Origin: Catajapyx aquilonaris
Lineage: Eukaryota
NCBI GenBank assembly: GCA_000934665.2
Contig: JYFJ02000410.1
Span: 62,001 to 126,000, forward strand
DNA: 64,000 bases
Reading direction: 5' to 3'
The notes below the pieces were generated by a model. The model did not search any database. It saw only the letters and a program-made list of their open reading frames with translations, and had not been told where the DNA came from. This document shows positions 51,685 to 64,000 of this stretch, in pieces. Each line of letters begins with the position of its first letter. Within the stretch, counting starts at the first letter, position 1. Made by a program: the position numbers and the translations under genes.

Positions 51685-54600
51685 ATGGAATGGTATCAGT
51701 AGATCCGTTTCATACCCGTTTAGTAAGCAGTAATTCGTACAAGTGCTGCACATTTTTCTGCAAGTAAATGTCAGTGCACAGTGATGTATGATGGGTCCTT
51801 TGGCTCCCAAACTTTGACTATTAATATCCATGGTCGTGTGCAAAAAGGTGATTCACCTCCTGGATCTCTCAGCTCCCTCGACCCCCCGTCTTAACAGGCG
51901 CAAACCATTAATAACCCAAGGCTTTAGCTCAATTCCCTCAGGCAACTCGTCACATGTACACCTCAAGACATATCCTGACTCCACCTCGCCTTAGTCCCCC
52001 AGAATAATAGAAAGGGGTGGTGACATGTCTAGAGTCCTATTAGACCCAGCCCCTTTCATTTATACAGGGTGTTTCGTAAGCTCCTTGTTATCATCTGTGC
52101 CTCTGTCCCTGAGAGTGGCAGTAGTGTGCATCTATGGCGATTTGTAATTAGTTATATCCAGGTGAGTTTCAAGACAAGGCAAGGCATGAGAGTTAGGCAG
52201 ACTGGCGCCCTTTTTCTCTCCAAAGGTTTGGGGAGGATAGGAAAGGAAGGTGATGGGAGAGAGGGAGAGAGAGAGAGAGAGAAATGATCCATGGGCCTGA
52301 GTGAGATGATGGCAAGAAGGGGGGCTTGCAGGCACTCTGGGAGCGCTCCTGTCCAACTCAAGCCTGGATTATAAATGGATCCACGCCAAAAAGGAAGGAA
52401 ACGGGAGTAAGGTGAAGGAAAAGGAGGGAAGGAGGGGGGGGGGNGCTTAATAACAGCATGTGTTGCTAGCTAGGGATAAATGGACTGGGCAAAGTTGAAG
52501 CGAGGGCGTGAAAATGTTTCTTGGTTCGTTCCATGGGATTAAACAAGTGCACTTACACTAGAGTGGGCAGGGATTAATCTTTGGGAGGGTGTATCTAGAG
52601 CAGATGTGAGAGTATTGTTATGACTGATCTGAAGGAAGTGTAGTGTAGTGTACTACACTGGTCATATGATAGGTAGGCCCTATTAGATTTTGACATGAGA
52701 ATTTCAGGTGACATTTACAGGGCGTCAAATTTCACAAATTATTGCGCTTTTACCTCCGGATTAGTACGGTCATGCAGTCCAGTGTGAAAATAACTTGTGC
52801 TGCAGGGGCTAGTCGATATGTTTTTTTGGGGGGGGCGAGAGGCAACACCTGTTCTGACATATGTCCATATGGTGATGGAGTAATTAATTTAGTGCACTAA
52901 CTTGCATTAAACACGTCGCTTAATGAATTTATACAATGTAACTAATTGATCGCATTTGAACAAAATGGCCAAATGCAACATGTGTCAGAGAGTCAACAAT
53001 AAAATTATAACAATTGGTGAAAAACTTGCAGGGTATTTCATGAATCCTTATTTGGCACACTCCATGTAGGGCTGTAAAATAAAAAAATGGGCCGTGGCTT
53101 TTTTTTTGTTACTTCGGAAAGAGCTACAGCTCCACACGACCAATAAGGTAAAAAAGTGGGTTATGGGAAAATAAACCGTGCAACAACTGGTACCTGGTGT
53201 CACGAAAATGGCCTAATACCTTAGCCGACACAAGCAACGACTCACTTGTCGCCAAAATAACTGCGCTCCAAGCTCGTTTCAGGGTGAGCCAAACAGGCCT
53301 GCAATGGCACACACAACATATTGTTGCAGTCAATAGGCGCAAAATCCGGAAAAAAATACATTATCGCATTGCGGTCGTCCAGGAAAGTCGGCATTGCAGG
53401 TTATTTAAAAAGCATTATCTGCTCTGCTGATTTTTCGCGAACCACACACCATAGCTAATTGACTAATTCGTCAATAATATTTTGCTCGCAAAATTTAGGC
53501 AAACAATACCGTTGGCTTGTCATGTGGCAATAAATAATTGCTTGCAGTACTTATTATTTTTGCTTGTTTTACAGTCATCAGAAAATTATTTTATTCTATT
53601 TAAAAAAATAAGGGACTAATTATTATTACTAGTGAGATTAATACTATTTTACAATTCTTCTCCTGTGGTGGAGATTGGTTTTTCTGTAGATTTTACAACT
53701 AGACGTAAGACCTGTAAAATTAGCGATAAATTTTTCGCCCAATAATTTGCGCTTCCCACCTCAATGTTTGTAAGGCGTGGCAGCTTCCAAAAAGAAGCAT
53801 GGCCTCCTCCAAAAAATCAGCACTAAATCACAACCCCTCGTTTTCCACTCTTTTACCTCCCTTTTACCGCAGTATTTCTCTCTTTTACTGTACCTACTCT
53901 CTCCCTCTCTCTTCATGATAAATCCTCCACCGGAGACCCCCTTTTGGTATTTATTGGAATTGGAGCAAAGGTCAATTGCTGTCAAGCTGCATTATGCCAT
54001 TAGAGGTCTCCTACTCTTTTCTTCTGACCTCTTCTCTTCCTCTCCTACTTTTTTTGTAATCTTGGATTTCGAGGGACTTGTGCCAGAGAGACGAACTCGA
54101 TGGGGTCCAATCGCCATCATCACGATGCTGATGGGATCTTGGCCAAGAGGACGCCTTGCTTTGGCACTGGATCAAACCCACGCCCACAGATACTTAGGGG
54201 GCTAGATCTATGGCCCAGATTAAGACCCCGGGACTCGGCCAGATTGTTGCTCGTCTTCCAATTGGTTGATTTTCCACCTAATTAATGTTGCGGTAGGGTC
54301 TGGTGAGAGGGCGGATGGGGGTTACAAATTTTGAGGAAATACGAGGGGTGTAATTATGGGCTGGGAAAATAATGGGAGAAATTTGTCAAAAAATATTTCA
54401 GACATTGTCACTGCGAAATAATACAGTAGGCTTAATTTTATTTACGTTATCCTAACCTATACATTCAACTAACCTAACCCAACCTTACCTGACCTATATT
54501 TACTGTTGTTATGCATTTTACTTGGAACGTATGTTGGATACCGTAGGCTAGATGATGGATGTCCTTACTTGCCTAAAGGTTAACCAAGCATATTCGTTGC

Positions 54601-55707
54601 ACATACGTTTCTCATCATCTCTATAAAATATTTTAGACTATTAAAGTTGTGGTAGGGCTTGAGTGACAGGATATCTCCAGGGTTAAAAATTTGGGAAAAA
54701 CATGGCACGTAATTATTTGCTTGTGGTTTTTCAATTATTTGGGATGAGAAGTGCATAATGGTATTTGCAAAAAATGACTGTAGGCATCAGTCAGTTTCTC
54801 ACCCTGAAGCTCTTGAGAGAGATTTTTTTTTTTTTCCTCCAGAGTTTTCCTGGTGTGGGAATATCCTGACTTGCTCCTTGCATGCACTTACTATAGACCT
54901 AGAAAAGTCCACAGAAAAAGAAAAAGAAAAGGAAGAAGAACCGGAAGGAGAGAGAAAGTTCAGTCGATCGATCTCTCGAAAAGTAGTGAAGTACGGAAGT
55001 CTTTTTTTAAAAGTTCAAACCACGTTTTGTTCTCTCTTTTTTGTTAAGCAGTGCCTTTTTTATTTTTAGAGGGCTCAATATATCTACTGTAAGGTTTATG
55101 AGGTTAAACTTTTCTGAAAATGCAGGCAGAGCTAATCAAGAGTGCTGTGGGGGCTGCGGACAAATTTTTTTCTCCATACATATAAGAATGGGGGGCAGTG
55201 CTGGTTTTTGATCAAATACCCTTAGGGTTACATGTACCGCGCAGTTAGGTCAAAAGTGCAATTAATCCCTCCATAAATCACATCCATCTGTACAAACCTA
55301 GCCTTATGCAACTTACATGGATCCACGCTTTTGTATAGCATATGACTATTAAATAACTATGCCATATAACTAAACGTGATGATTACCGGTAATAAAAAAA
55401 AATAATTAACAAGACGCGCAAGATTACCTGCCTAAAAGAATGTTAGTACCTAAATTACTAAAATGTTACTATAAAAGTCACAGTAAACTATACGTATTAG
55501 AATAATACTTTTAGTAAATAGTATTAGTATCATTAAATAAAACCATGGCTTAATAGTAAAATAATTAATATAATTAAACAAGTGATGTAATAAAGCAATT
55601 GAATAAGCCAATTGATAAATAAAACGTGCACACAAAATAAAATGAATGAATAATAAAATTTCATTTTTCATTTTCAAACATTTAATGTCTTAAAATTAAA
55701 AATAAGA

Positions 55708-55821
55708 AAATTAAACAAATAACGAATATAATAAATACTGAAATTAAACAAATAACGAATATGCTAAATACTGAAATTAAACAAATAATTAATATAATAA
55801 ATATTGAAATTAAACAAATAT
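55708..55821 (+). repeat. AT-rich 33-bp minisatellite, ~3.4 copies
   Basis: Unit AAATTAAACAAATAACGAATATAATAAATACTG starting at 55708, 55741 and 55774, with a partial copy at 55807. Confidence 0.9.
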
Positions 55822-57639
55822 ATTATATTTTATTAAATATAATATAATAATACAGGATATTAAAATTTATCTTTAATTATTAAGTAAATTAAGGCACAAT
55901 TTGCAAACATATTGAGTGATTAATTTGATTGGCAGTTATTGTTTAGTAAGTTGATGTCAAAGCCTGTAATACCCTACTAACATGCATTGTTCCCACCTGT
56001 TAATTAATTCCGAGTTATTTTCTCGTCCATTAAGATGCAAATCGCATTGGTTACGAGCATAGCGTCGTATCCATAACCAGCGCAACGTCATTCTTTCTTC
56101 TTCTTTATTTTTGTCCTTCTGAAGTTGAAGCATTTCCTTCGGTGTGGTTTACCCCCCCCCCCTCTCCCCTCCCTCCTTCTCCTATACCATCCCCCCCCCC
56201 CCCGGAATCCTGGCCGCTTTTCCTCATTTTGAGCTCTCTCTGCTCTGAAGTTGGTGGGCTCTTGTCATGAGAAGAGGTTTCGTCTGGTTGCGAGCGCCAA
56301 AGAAATCACAGCACAGCCTGCGAGACAAAGATAAGGGGAGGGGAGTATTGTGAGTGCCCGGATTTACTTTGTCAGGGGATACATCCTCGGGACAAGAATC
56401 GCGATACCAGGTGGCATTAAAGCTGCATTTTCAAGCTCGAAATTAACGTTCGGAGAGAGAGAGAGAAACGCAAAAGCAATGCGCCATATAAGGCGATATA
56501 GCCATTCATTTAATTAACGCTTGCCTCATTTGTTTGCACAGAAAAGACGGTGTTGCCACAAATGAATGACTTACGTTTTGCACAGCCATGTCAAAAGCTA
56601 TACTCGGAAAATTAATGGCAAGCCCCAGTTTTCGGGCATCGAAGTGAAAAGCAGTCAGATAAGCCCGTGACTTACGATCGTAATCGCAGTGGGACGGATG
56701 ATTATTTTAGGGCTTTTCCATTTTGCAGTTTTTGGGGCTTCAAGGAGAAATAGATGTGTGGCTGTTGCTGCAGGTTATACTCTGTTAATTAGCACTAAGC
56801 TTGGGCTTTAAGCTTGCTTAATAATAATTCGAGGTCCCTTTCATGTTTTCTTGCAATTCCATCTCTTTTTTGAAATATAATTTGTGCCATTAACTAATTG
56901 TAAACTATGAGGAAAAATGAGATGTTTTGTGTTGCGGGGGCAAAATGTGATATTAAGTTTTCCAGTGCGAAATATTGTAAATATATGTTAATTTATGCTA
57001 TATTGTAAATGTGTTGTCTGTCAGTAAAATGAGCTGACTTCATGATGCCAACAAGTGAATCCCGCAATGCGCCAATTTATTTTTGATTATGTCTAATTTG
57101 AGGTTACATCAAAAAGAACTAGTTAATGACAAGACAGGTAAATGACACTGTGAGCAACATTACGACGTCACTGTACAAGCAACAATTACAGAATCATGTG
57201 TCACAGTTGTACGTAGATAAAATCATCAAATAAAACCTCTCTTCGGAACTGTTCTCGGTGCCAGCGTTTTACTGTTAAAATATTAATTTCGCGCATGTGC
57301 TAAATCCCAGGTCAGGGTCTCATGACTGGTTCACCTCGATGGGTTTCCATCGTTTAATTGCCGGCCACTAGGCACATTCCCCTTGAACTGTAAGTGCGCT
57401 AAATATTTCAAGCACTACTGCAGTATACCGGTATAGAGGCCACGCTATATCTGGTTGCACAGTTCAGACACGCTATTTTCATTTGCGGTTATCACAAAGC
57501 TCAGAATGTTTTAAGTCTGCACATTTGCTCTCGAACAGTGGAGCAAAAAAAAATCGCAAATTTCCCATTAAAGCCTGTCTGCAATATTATTTTAGTTAGA
57601 TCCGGATACACTGTATTTTATCCCAAACAAGCAAATTTT

Positions 57640-57743
57640 GACTTTAGCCGATGGGTACGAAATGGGTGTAAAATTGACACACAAACAAACAAACCAACAC
57701 ACACACAAACGTTGCTTTTTATATATCAATATAGATATAGAGA
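57640..57743 (-). mobile_element. Helitron-like 5' terminal segment
   Basis: The minus strand reads A|TCTCTATATCTATATTGATATATAAAAAGCAACGTTTGTGTGTGTGTTGGTTTGTTTGTTTG, similar to 61785-61860. The 3' end was not found. Confidence 0.55.
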
Positions 57744-60700
57744 TTATACTTGTGTCCGGAACTGTTCCACAGAACTCTCTGTATGCCGGTTATTCTTATC
57801 AGTTGCGCCTTCTGACTCATACGCAAACCTATGGTATGGGTCCCATAAAAACCGATAAGGAGAATCACCCCTTCCAAACCTGAAACCCATCCTGGAGGGT
57901 AACAGCCATGTCCATGAATCCCTCTTAACAAGAGGATAAGACGACACGGAGCGAAGGTCCCATAGAGGAAGTTGACATGTCGTTCTGGGGACGCCATTTT
58001 GGAGCTCTCCCTGCGGGTTGTTATGAAAGGAAGTTTTTTTTCTGCTGTGTGTTGTTGGTTGGGAGAGGTCGGGCTGAAATTCTGGAGGAGAAAATGTAAT
58101 AATGGTCGTCTTTCTGGGCCCAGTTTTTTTGGTAGAGGGAGTTCCCCCCTCTTTGTTGTGTTTGTGTCTTGGGACAGATGGTTGGGCACTCAGGGGAGAA
58201 GAGCGTCGATGAAGTTTTCAAACTCTCCCCCCAACACTGTGAGGTGGACCAAACAGCAAGACCACCTTTGATGTGTCTCAAACCCTTCCCTCCATTATGT
58301 ACGTTCTCCGAGGAAGAGGCAAGTTTGATGAGGCATCATGGGTCCACCCATGGGGCATACCAAAATTGTGGAGGAGAAGGTTCCCTAAATTAGAAGCCAA
58401 GTTATATTCGTCCCCCCCTTTAAGTTTATATGGAGTCGGAGTTTGGGCGAATTCCAGACACAGTTTTGCGGCGCCATCTTGAGCATTACGATTGTTACGA
58501 GTCAAGTAGTTGGAAAGGAAAGCTGTGAAAAAATTTCGCTCATATTTTTCTGTTACTGTCCAACAATTACTATTTCCCTAATTTACTTCTTTACACATTG
58601 AGATGACTTTTGTTCCATCCATGTGACTTTAAAAAATTATGGACATTCTGAAACAATTTTTTCTTACTATTGCTAGTGCTGTGCATACAGTATATGCGGA
58701 TATATTTAAAGCAAATAGTGTATAGTGCGATGACAGCATTTTGGAAGCCGATGCATGCTTGATGATGCGGTTGTTGCTAGGTGATATCTAAACCGCGCTT
58801 CAACTGCGGCTGGCTGCTGCAATGCCGACAAAGGCAACCCAGGCTTGGAGTCCTGACTGATGACGAAAATGCCCACTTAGATTCCCCAGCAATGCGGTCT
58901 TTCCGAGTAACGGAAGTACAGTCGAGGCAAATTAACACGCTGCTAATATCTTCAAAGAAAATTAGTGAGAAGGGAAATGGCATTAAGAAGCAATGATTAA
59001 ATTCAGCATAATTATGTACCAGATGTTTTACAAATACAGAATATATATGAAGTGTTAATTACACTCAATAATAATAAACCTATGGATAAATAAATAAATA
59101 AATAAATAAGTAGGCCTGATGTTGTCCTAAATAAGAATTTTATTCAAAAAATGTTTCAGGAATACATGATTTCAATATAAGAATTTGGCTTTAATAGACT
59201 ATGTTTTATAGTGTAGTACTACTTGAATTATTTTAATCTTACTTTATTTTAAGATATACTGTATTGAAGATAATGAGAATTTGATATGTGTATCATTCTG
59301 TGTTGTAAGGTTACCCGGTATGAATATTGAAAATGTCGACTCAACACCTCCGTATACTGTGTGTCCCATCCCCAATTAATTCCTCCATCGCAAATATTCC
59401 AACCCTAGAAACCGCAAACGCCTCAAAATTACTCCTCAGCGCTTAACCTACTCCCACTGCAAAGCCTCGAAATCGATACATTATTTTTGAAACTTGTTCA
59501 CACTGCAGTATTTGCATTAATTGGGAACCGACTTTTCGCCTAAAAATAGTGCGCAGTATCGCAATTAACGCCGCGATTTTCGCTCGGTTGGCTATGCAAA
59601 CTTACGATTGCAGATTTTTTTTGTACCCAGCAAGTTTTTAAGCGTTTAAAAATTATGCAGGCAGCCATGTAAATCCCCTGGCATATCCTTGACCCGCTTC
59701 ATCCTTAGGGAGATGACACAGCATAAGCCTCGGCTTCTTACTCCTCGAGAAACGAAAAGGGGCAAACACCATCCAAGACTCCGGAAAAGGAGCTCGGGCG
59801 ATGTTTGCACTTGGCATTCCTTTGATGTGACAAGATTGTGGTAGTCAAAGGCGGGCCTTTACCTCCCGAGATTGAGTTTTCGCTGGGGTTGGGGAGGCAG
59901 GGAAGAAGGGAGGTGGGGGGGGGCTATATAGTTGGTGANGGGGGCTATATAGTTGGTGAAAATCAGAGCACGTGCACTGCTTGTTTAAAGGCCCTTCACG
60001 CTGAGAAGGATCGGATCGAGGGAGAGTTATTTTGATTTATTCATGCTTGTAGACCTACCGCAGCCTTTCATGCATCACTTTTCGTCAAAGGTGGTACAAG
60101 TCAGGGCTTGGGTTGTGTCATATTATGCGGATAAGGCTGCTCGAGAGAGAGAGAGAGAGAGAGGAGGAGAAGCAATTATTTCATGCTTCATCTTGTGGTG
60201 ATATTCAGCCTCGTACAGTTTGTGCATAAATGTAAAATAGTTTGCTAAAAGAGACATCAAACGTAGCATGAAAATATGGTGCATACAATAAATGTAAAAT
60301 TTAAAATATAAGCCAAATTTTTATTATAACCAAAAGCAGCCTTTTATAGAATAGCAATGAATTTTATTTATTATTTAGATTTTTAGGCAAATTTCAAAGA
60401 ACGCAAAAATATTCTCCGTTTAGTGAAAAATCGCAGTGAATTTTATTATTTTTTAAAACCCATGTATATGCCTAGTGTCCTACATAGAGGATACTTGTAC
60501 AGTTGTTAGATTTTTAGCCATTATGTTAGTGCATTTAAAAAAATCTAAAAATGTAACAAATAATAATTCAGGCATATTTTGAAAAAACTTGCAAGACGTT
60601 TACCAAAACTATATACGTGATGTTTTCTTCCATATGAAAAAATATGTGCGAACTCGTACGCTCTAGAGTTACTAACTGTGCAAGCGTGAAACATCCCCAA

Positions 60701-61684
60701 TCTTGCCTAGAAATCTCAACACGGATGTAACTAATCCAGAAATCTTGTAACCATTAAAAAAAGAGTGGAAGACCGTGCCTCCTCCCCCACTGAAACATTA
60801 TCTCGAAATTAGCCAGAAAAAAAAAGTTTCTTTTCACGATAAAAATAATTGCCAACCATTTTCTTTCATCCTCCTTCTTTCTGAGCTCCGGAGATAAAGC
60901 CAGTTGAAGAAGCAAGCAATACAAATTACTCCACCCCTCCTCTAATTTTACTCAACTTCCTTAATTTGAGAATCTCGATGGTATACGGTACTGGAATTTT
61001 CTCGGGAGATATCTTAAAAAGTTTTTTTTAAAGGATTTACAAGCCTCCGGTGACAGAGCCCACCTTGTCTCTCTTGGAAAAGTAAAGTCCATTAATGTAA
61101 GCGTCCCATAAGAAGCTCCTGTCCTCATCTTCTTTTTTTCGTGTGCGAATAAAGCGGTTGGAAAAGATGTAAAAGACAGGAGAAAAGACGGAGTTAAGAG
61201 TCTTACCTGCTGTCGGTCTGCCAAGTGTGAAGCCTGATCCCCTTTTCAAGTGCTGCAAATTCCATGTTACCTCTTCACCATTCAACCAGTAGGAAGTGGA
61301 GGAAGGAGAGGAGAGGAAAAGGATGAATATTCAGGATATGCAAATATGTTTGTCGGAAAAAAAGGACCAGGAGAAGGAGTGGTCACAACTATTTGCATGT
61401 ACCGAATGCCGGTTATGCAGAGGAGACCGATGCAGTTGTATACGACACTTGTTGGGAATGGTGGGCTCGAGTTTTTTGGAGCCGTAACTTATCCGGAAGT
61501 TTGAACCACGAGGTGTTACAACGAAGGAATTACAAGCGTAAGTTAGCTGCAAAAATATATATGTTTAGGCCAAAAGTCGGCTACGAGCAACTCTTAAAAA
61601 ATTGATTCGGATTTTCTCATGAGGCTTCCTTGGGCGCTGACTGCTGTATAGCTCCAGGATGATGTTATATTTATTATTTAGCAA

Positions 61685-61885
61685 AATTAAACCAAACATG
61701 AACAAACAAACACACAATCAAGCAAACTTTGCCTTATATAATAATAATACTCATCATTTTATTATACACACAATACCTTACATAATATTATAAAAGGCAA
61801 CGTTTGCTTGCTTGCTTGCTTGTCCAGGACATTATGTGTTTGTTTGTTTGTCCAGGTTTTGTTTACTTTGGTTCGTCCATGGCTC
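61685..61885. mobile_element. Two divergently oriented Helitron-like 5' segments (related to family B)
   Basis: The reverse complement of 61685-61745 (TATTATATAAGGCAAAGTTTGCTTG..TGTGTTTGTTTGTT) matches 61785-61885 (TATTATAAAAGGCAACGTTTGCTTG..TGTGTTTGTTTGTTTGTCCAGGTTT..GTCCATGGC). Confidence 0.55.
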
Positions 61886-63042
61886 TTGTCAATTTGAGGA
61901 ATTGTTTCACGCTCCAGACCACCTGTGTACATACGATGTCCCCAACTTTTTGTCCTCTCCAGCAACCGCATAGTCATAATCAATAGCCGTTGCCGGACTG
62001 GTGTGACGTAGCCCCCCCTCCCAAGTTATTAATGGGGCCCATCTGTAGGTGTTTGGTTGGCTCTAAATGCACATAAGCTTCCCCCCCCCTCCTCCTCCTC
62101 CTCCTCTTCTTGTCTACTCCGGTTTTAGTCTTGATTTACAGGCCAGGTGAAGCCGAGACGTGTTGGCCGCCCAAATAACGGGCCTTCTGAGAAAACAGAT
62201 TCACCTGTTTGCTTGCTATAGACTTGGCTTGCTAGGGAGGGGAAAGACTTTTCCCTCCCTGAATGCAAACTGCTGCTCTTGTTAGAGTTTTAGAAGGTGG
62301 CCCTAGCTGTTTGGGAGGAATACCGGCTATTTATCTTCCACGCTATTTACTTTTTAAACTTTATCATCGCTCGAGGACAAACTTATTACATGCGGCTCCG
62401 GGAATTGCCAAAATTGGTTTCGAGATTATTAACCAAGCGTAACCCCCCCATCTTCTAACCCTGGAGGCTGTTTCTTGCTCTGTAACTGCATTATACATGT
62501 CTGCACAAAAACATGTGGAAGAGCACAGGTGCGCGATGTAATTGTTTTCTGCTCGTTAACACCGCTCATACCCAAGAAAATTCAGTACACCATGAATAAA
62601 AGGCAACGACCTGGTATCATGGTAGAGTTGGCACAGAGTCATGAAAACACTCCAGTTCGGAGCCATATCCCCCCCGCTTTCTAGTCGATTGAAAATGAGC
62701 TCCCCCCCTAGAGCATATTCCTCCCCCCCGAGGGCCAGAAGAAGGACAGGGAATGAAAATTTGGCACCGCTAAGCGGACATTGGGGCTCGCAGTTGATGC
62801 TGCCCGAGAGTCCTCTAAAAGGAACCGAGGGCGATAAGGAATAAGAGAGGAGACACAGTTATTCCCATTGCTTCGAGGTCCGACTCGCAGGTTGCTAGAG
62901 ACGATTTTGTATTATTATTTTAGTATTGAAAACTTGGCAAAAAAAAAATCCCCATACTGTTCACGTAGTACCACATACCTCGCACAGATGGCGCATCATC
63001 CCATCCGGACAAACAGAAGTACAGACTAAGGTGTGTTTTACA

Positions 63043-63190
63043 CATATAATATTCAAATCCTTATTTGTATGACCGAGGCTTCTGATTGGCCCACCGTATA
63101 TTGATTTTGCGATGCTTCCGATTGGCACCCGTTCTGCGTCTGCGCAATGGGGGGAGGCAGCGAGCGCCTCTGGTGGGCGGGAATAGGAAC
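63043..63190 (+). mobile_element. Second copy of mini-Helitron family A
   Basis: GATGCTTCCGATTGGCACCCGTTCTGCGTCTGCGCAATGGGG...AGCGCCTCTGGTGG is the reverse-complement homologue of 48727-48800. Its start TATAATATTCAAATCCT matches the family A 5' end. Confidence 0.7.
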
Positions 63191-64000
63191 TATTAATATT
63201 TATTAATTTATTTGCTGTAATGAATTTGATATTTTGTTAATTATTTAATACGCTTTATTTAATATTTAACATTCTGCTAATTTATTAATTTTAACGCTTA
63301 TTGGGTAACGCTTCGGGGTATGCAGCGTACCATTAATGACGTAATGTGTGCATTATTCATGTTGCTATGTTATGTTGAGATACTCTGGCCTAATGGGCAA
63401 ATTCCGAGGTAAAAAAAAAAAAATGTCCCGTGTCGAATCTTCATAAGCTAAATTCAAAAGCAGCAGTGTTCAAATCCTTCTCCTGTGAAAATACATGGAT
63501 GATTTACATAAGTAATTTACATTCTGATATGAAAGTAATGCACTAGTAGATGTGGCTTGAGGGGAAAGCAAAGTAATACTATCGGAAACTGTATAAACAG
63601 ATATTACTGTACACATTTAATTCCAACATATCATTTTTGATCCTGCATAAACTCATTATTTTCAACATGTGGCGTTGACTCTAGTAGCTTACAGGTATTT
63701 TATCAGAATTTAATGAAAGTTTATTCCAGCGCAACGTCTTGAACTTAATGCGCCCTCGGCAATGTTCATTCTTCTTTGGCGCTTCGCAAAATTATGTCCT
63801 TAAAACTTCATTGCAAAATCTCGTTGAGAGAGTAAGCATGTTGCTTTAATGAGATATGAAGCAGACATTTCCTGCTTTTAAAATATTTATTACAAATTTG
63901 GATTCAAGATTGAATATTTTTTTGATGCAGTACGCATAACAATGGGTACATTTTTATCCTGACTATCGAGGGCAACCCAAGCGTCTCTATTGTTACGCGG

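Noticed and set aside
57719..58505. Cluster of overlapping ORFs in a GC-richer segment (similarly 27590-28065 and 12136-12531)
   Set aside because: I recognised no RT, transposase or host-gene motif in the frames examined. BLASTX would be needed to exclude decayed TE coding sequence.
59915..59960. Short tandem duplication GGGGCTATATAGTTGGTGA around an N
   Set aside because: The copies are separated by an N beside a G-run, so this is probably a contig-join artefact. Other Ns in G-runs (~8497, 25330, 52444) show the assembly is unreliable at poly-G.
61195..61225. Minus-strand CAG|GTAAG at ~61203-61210
   Set aside because: There is no pyrimidine tract upstream on the minus strand, so it is not a ratchet point, and no matching acceptor or coding frame defines an exon.

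Overview
This is eukaryotic, AT-rich, apparently non-coding DNA. The TTAGG repeats, Helitron-like ends and mariner-type MITEs suggest an arthropod, but the species cannot be established from the sequence. None of the ORFs in the track resembles a protein family I recognise, so no CDS, rRNA, true tRNA or CRISPR array is called. The window looks like part of a very large intron or gene desert with many small mobile elements: TA-flanked CAGGGTG MITEs, a MITE with perfect 31-bp TIRs and an ATTT duplication, mini-Helitrons, and a tRNA-derived SINE present as a full copy and a 5'-truncated copy with a 14-bp TSD. It also holds a ~300-bp foldback palindrome, interstitial TTAGG arrays and several tandem repeats. 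The most interesting signal is a near-consensus recursive splice site (ratchet point) on the + strand at 32272/32273: CTAAC branch point, 53-nt AG-free zone, polypyrimidine tract, CAG|GTAAG, and a possible cryptic-exon donor 46 nt downstream. A weaker candidate lies at 27367/27368. Two small repeat families carry CTCF-like motifs. All alignments were done by eye.
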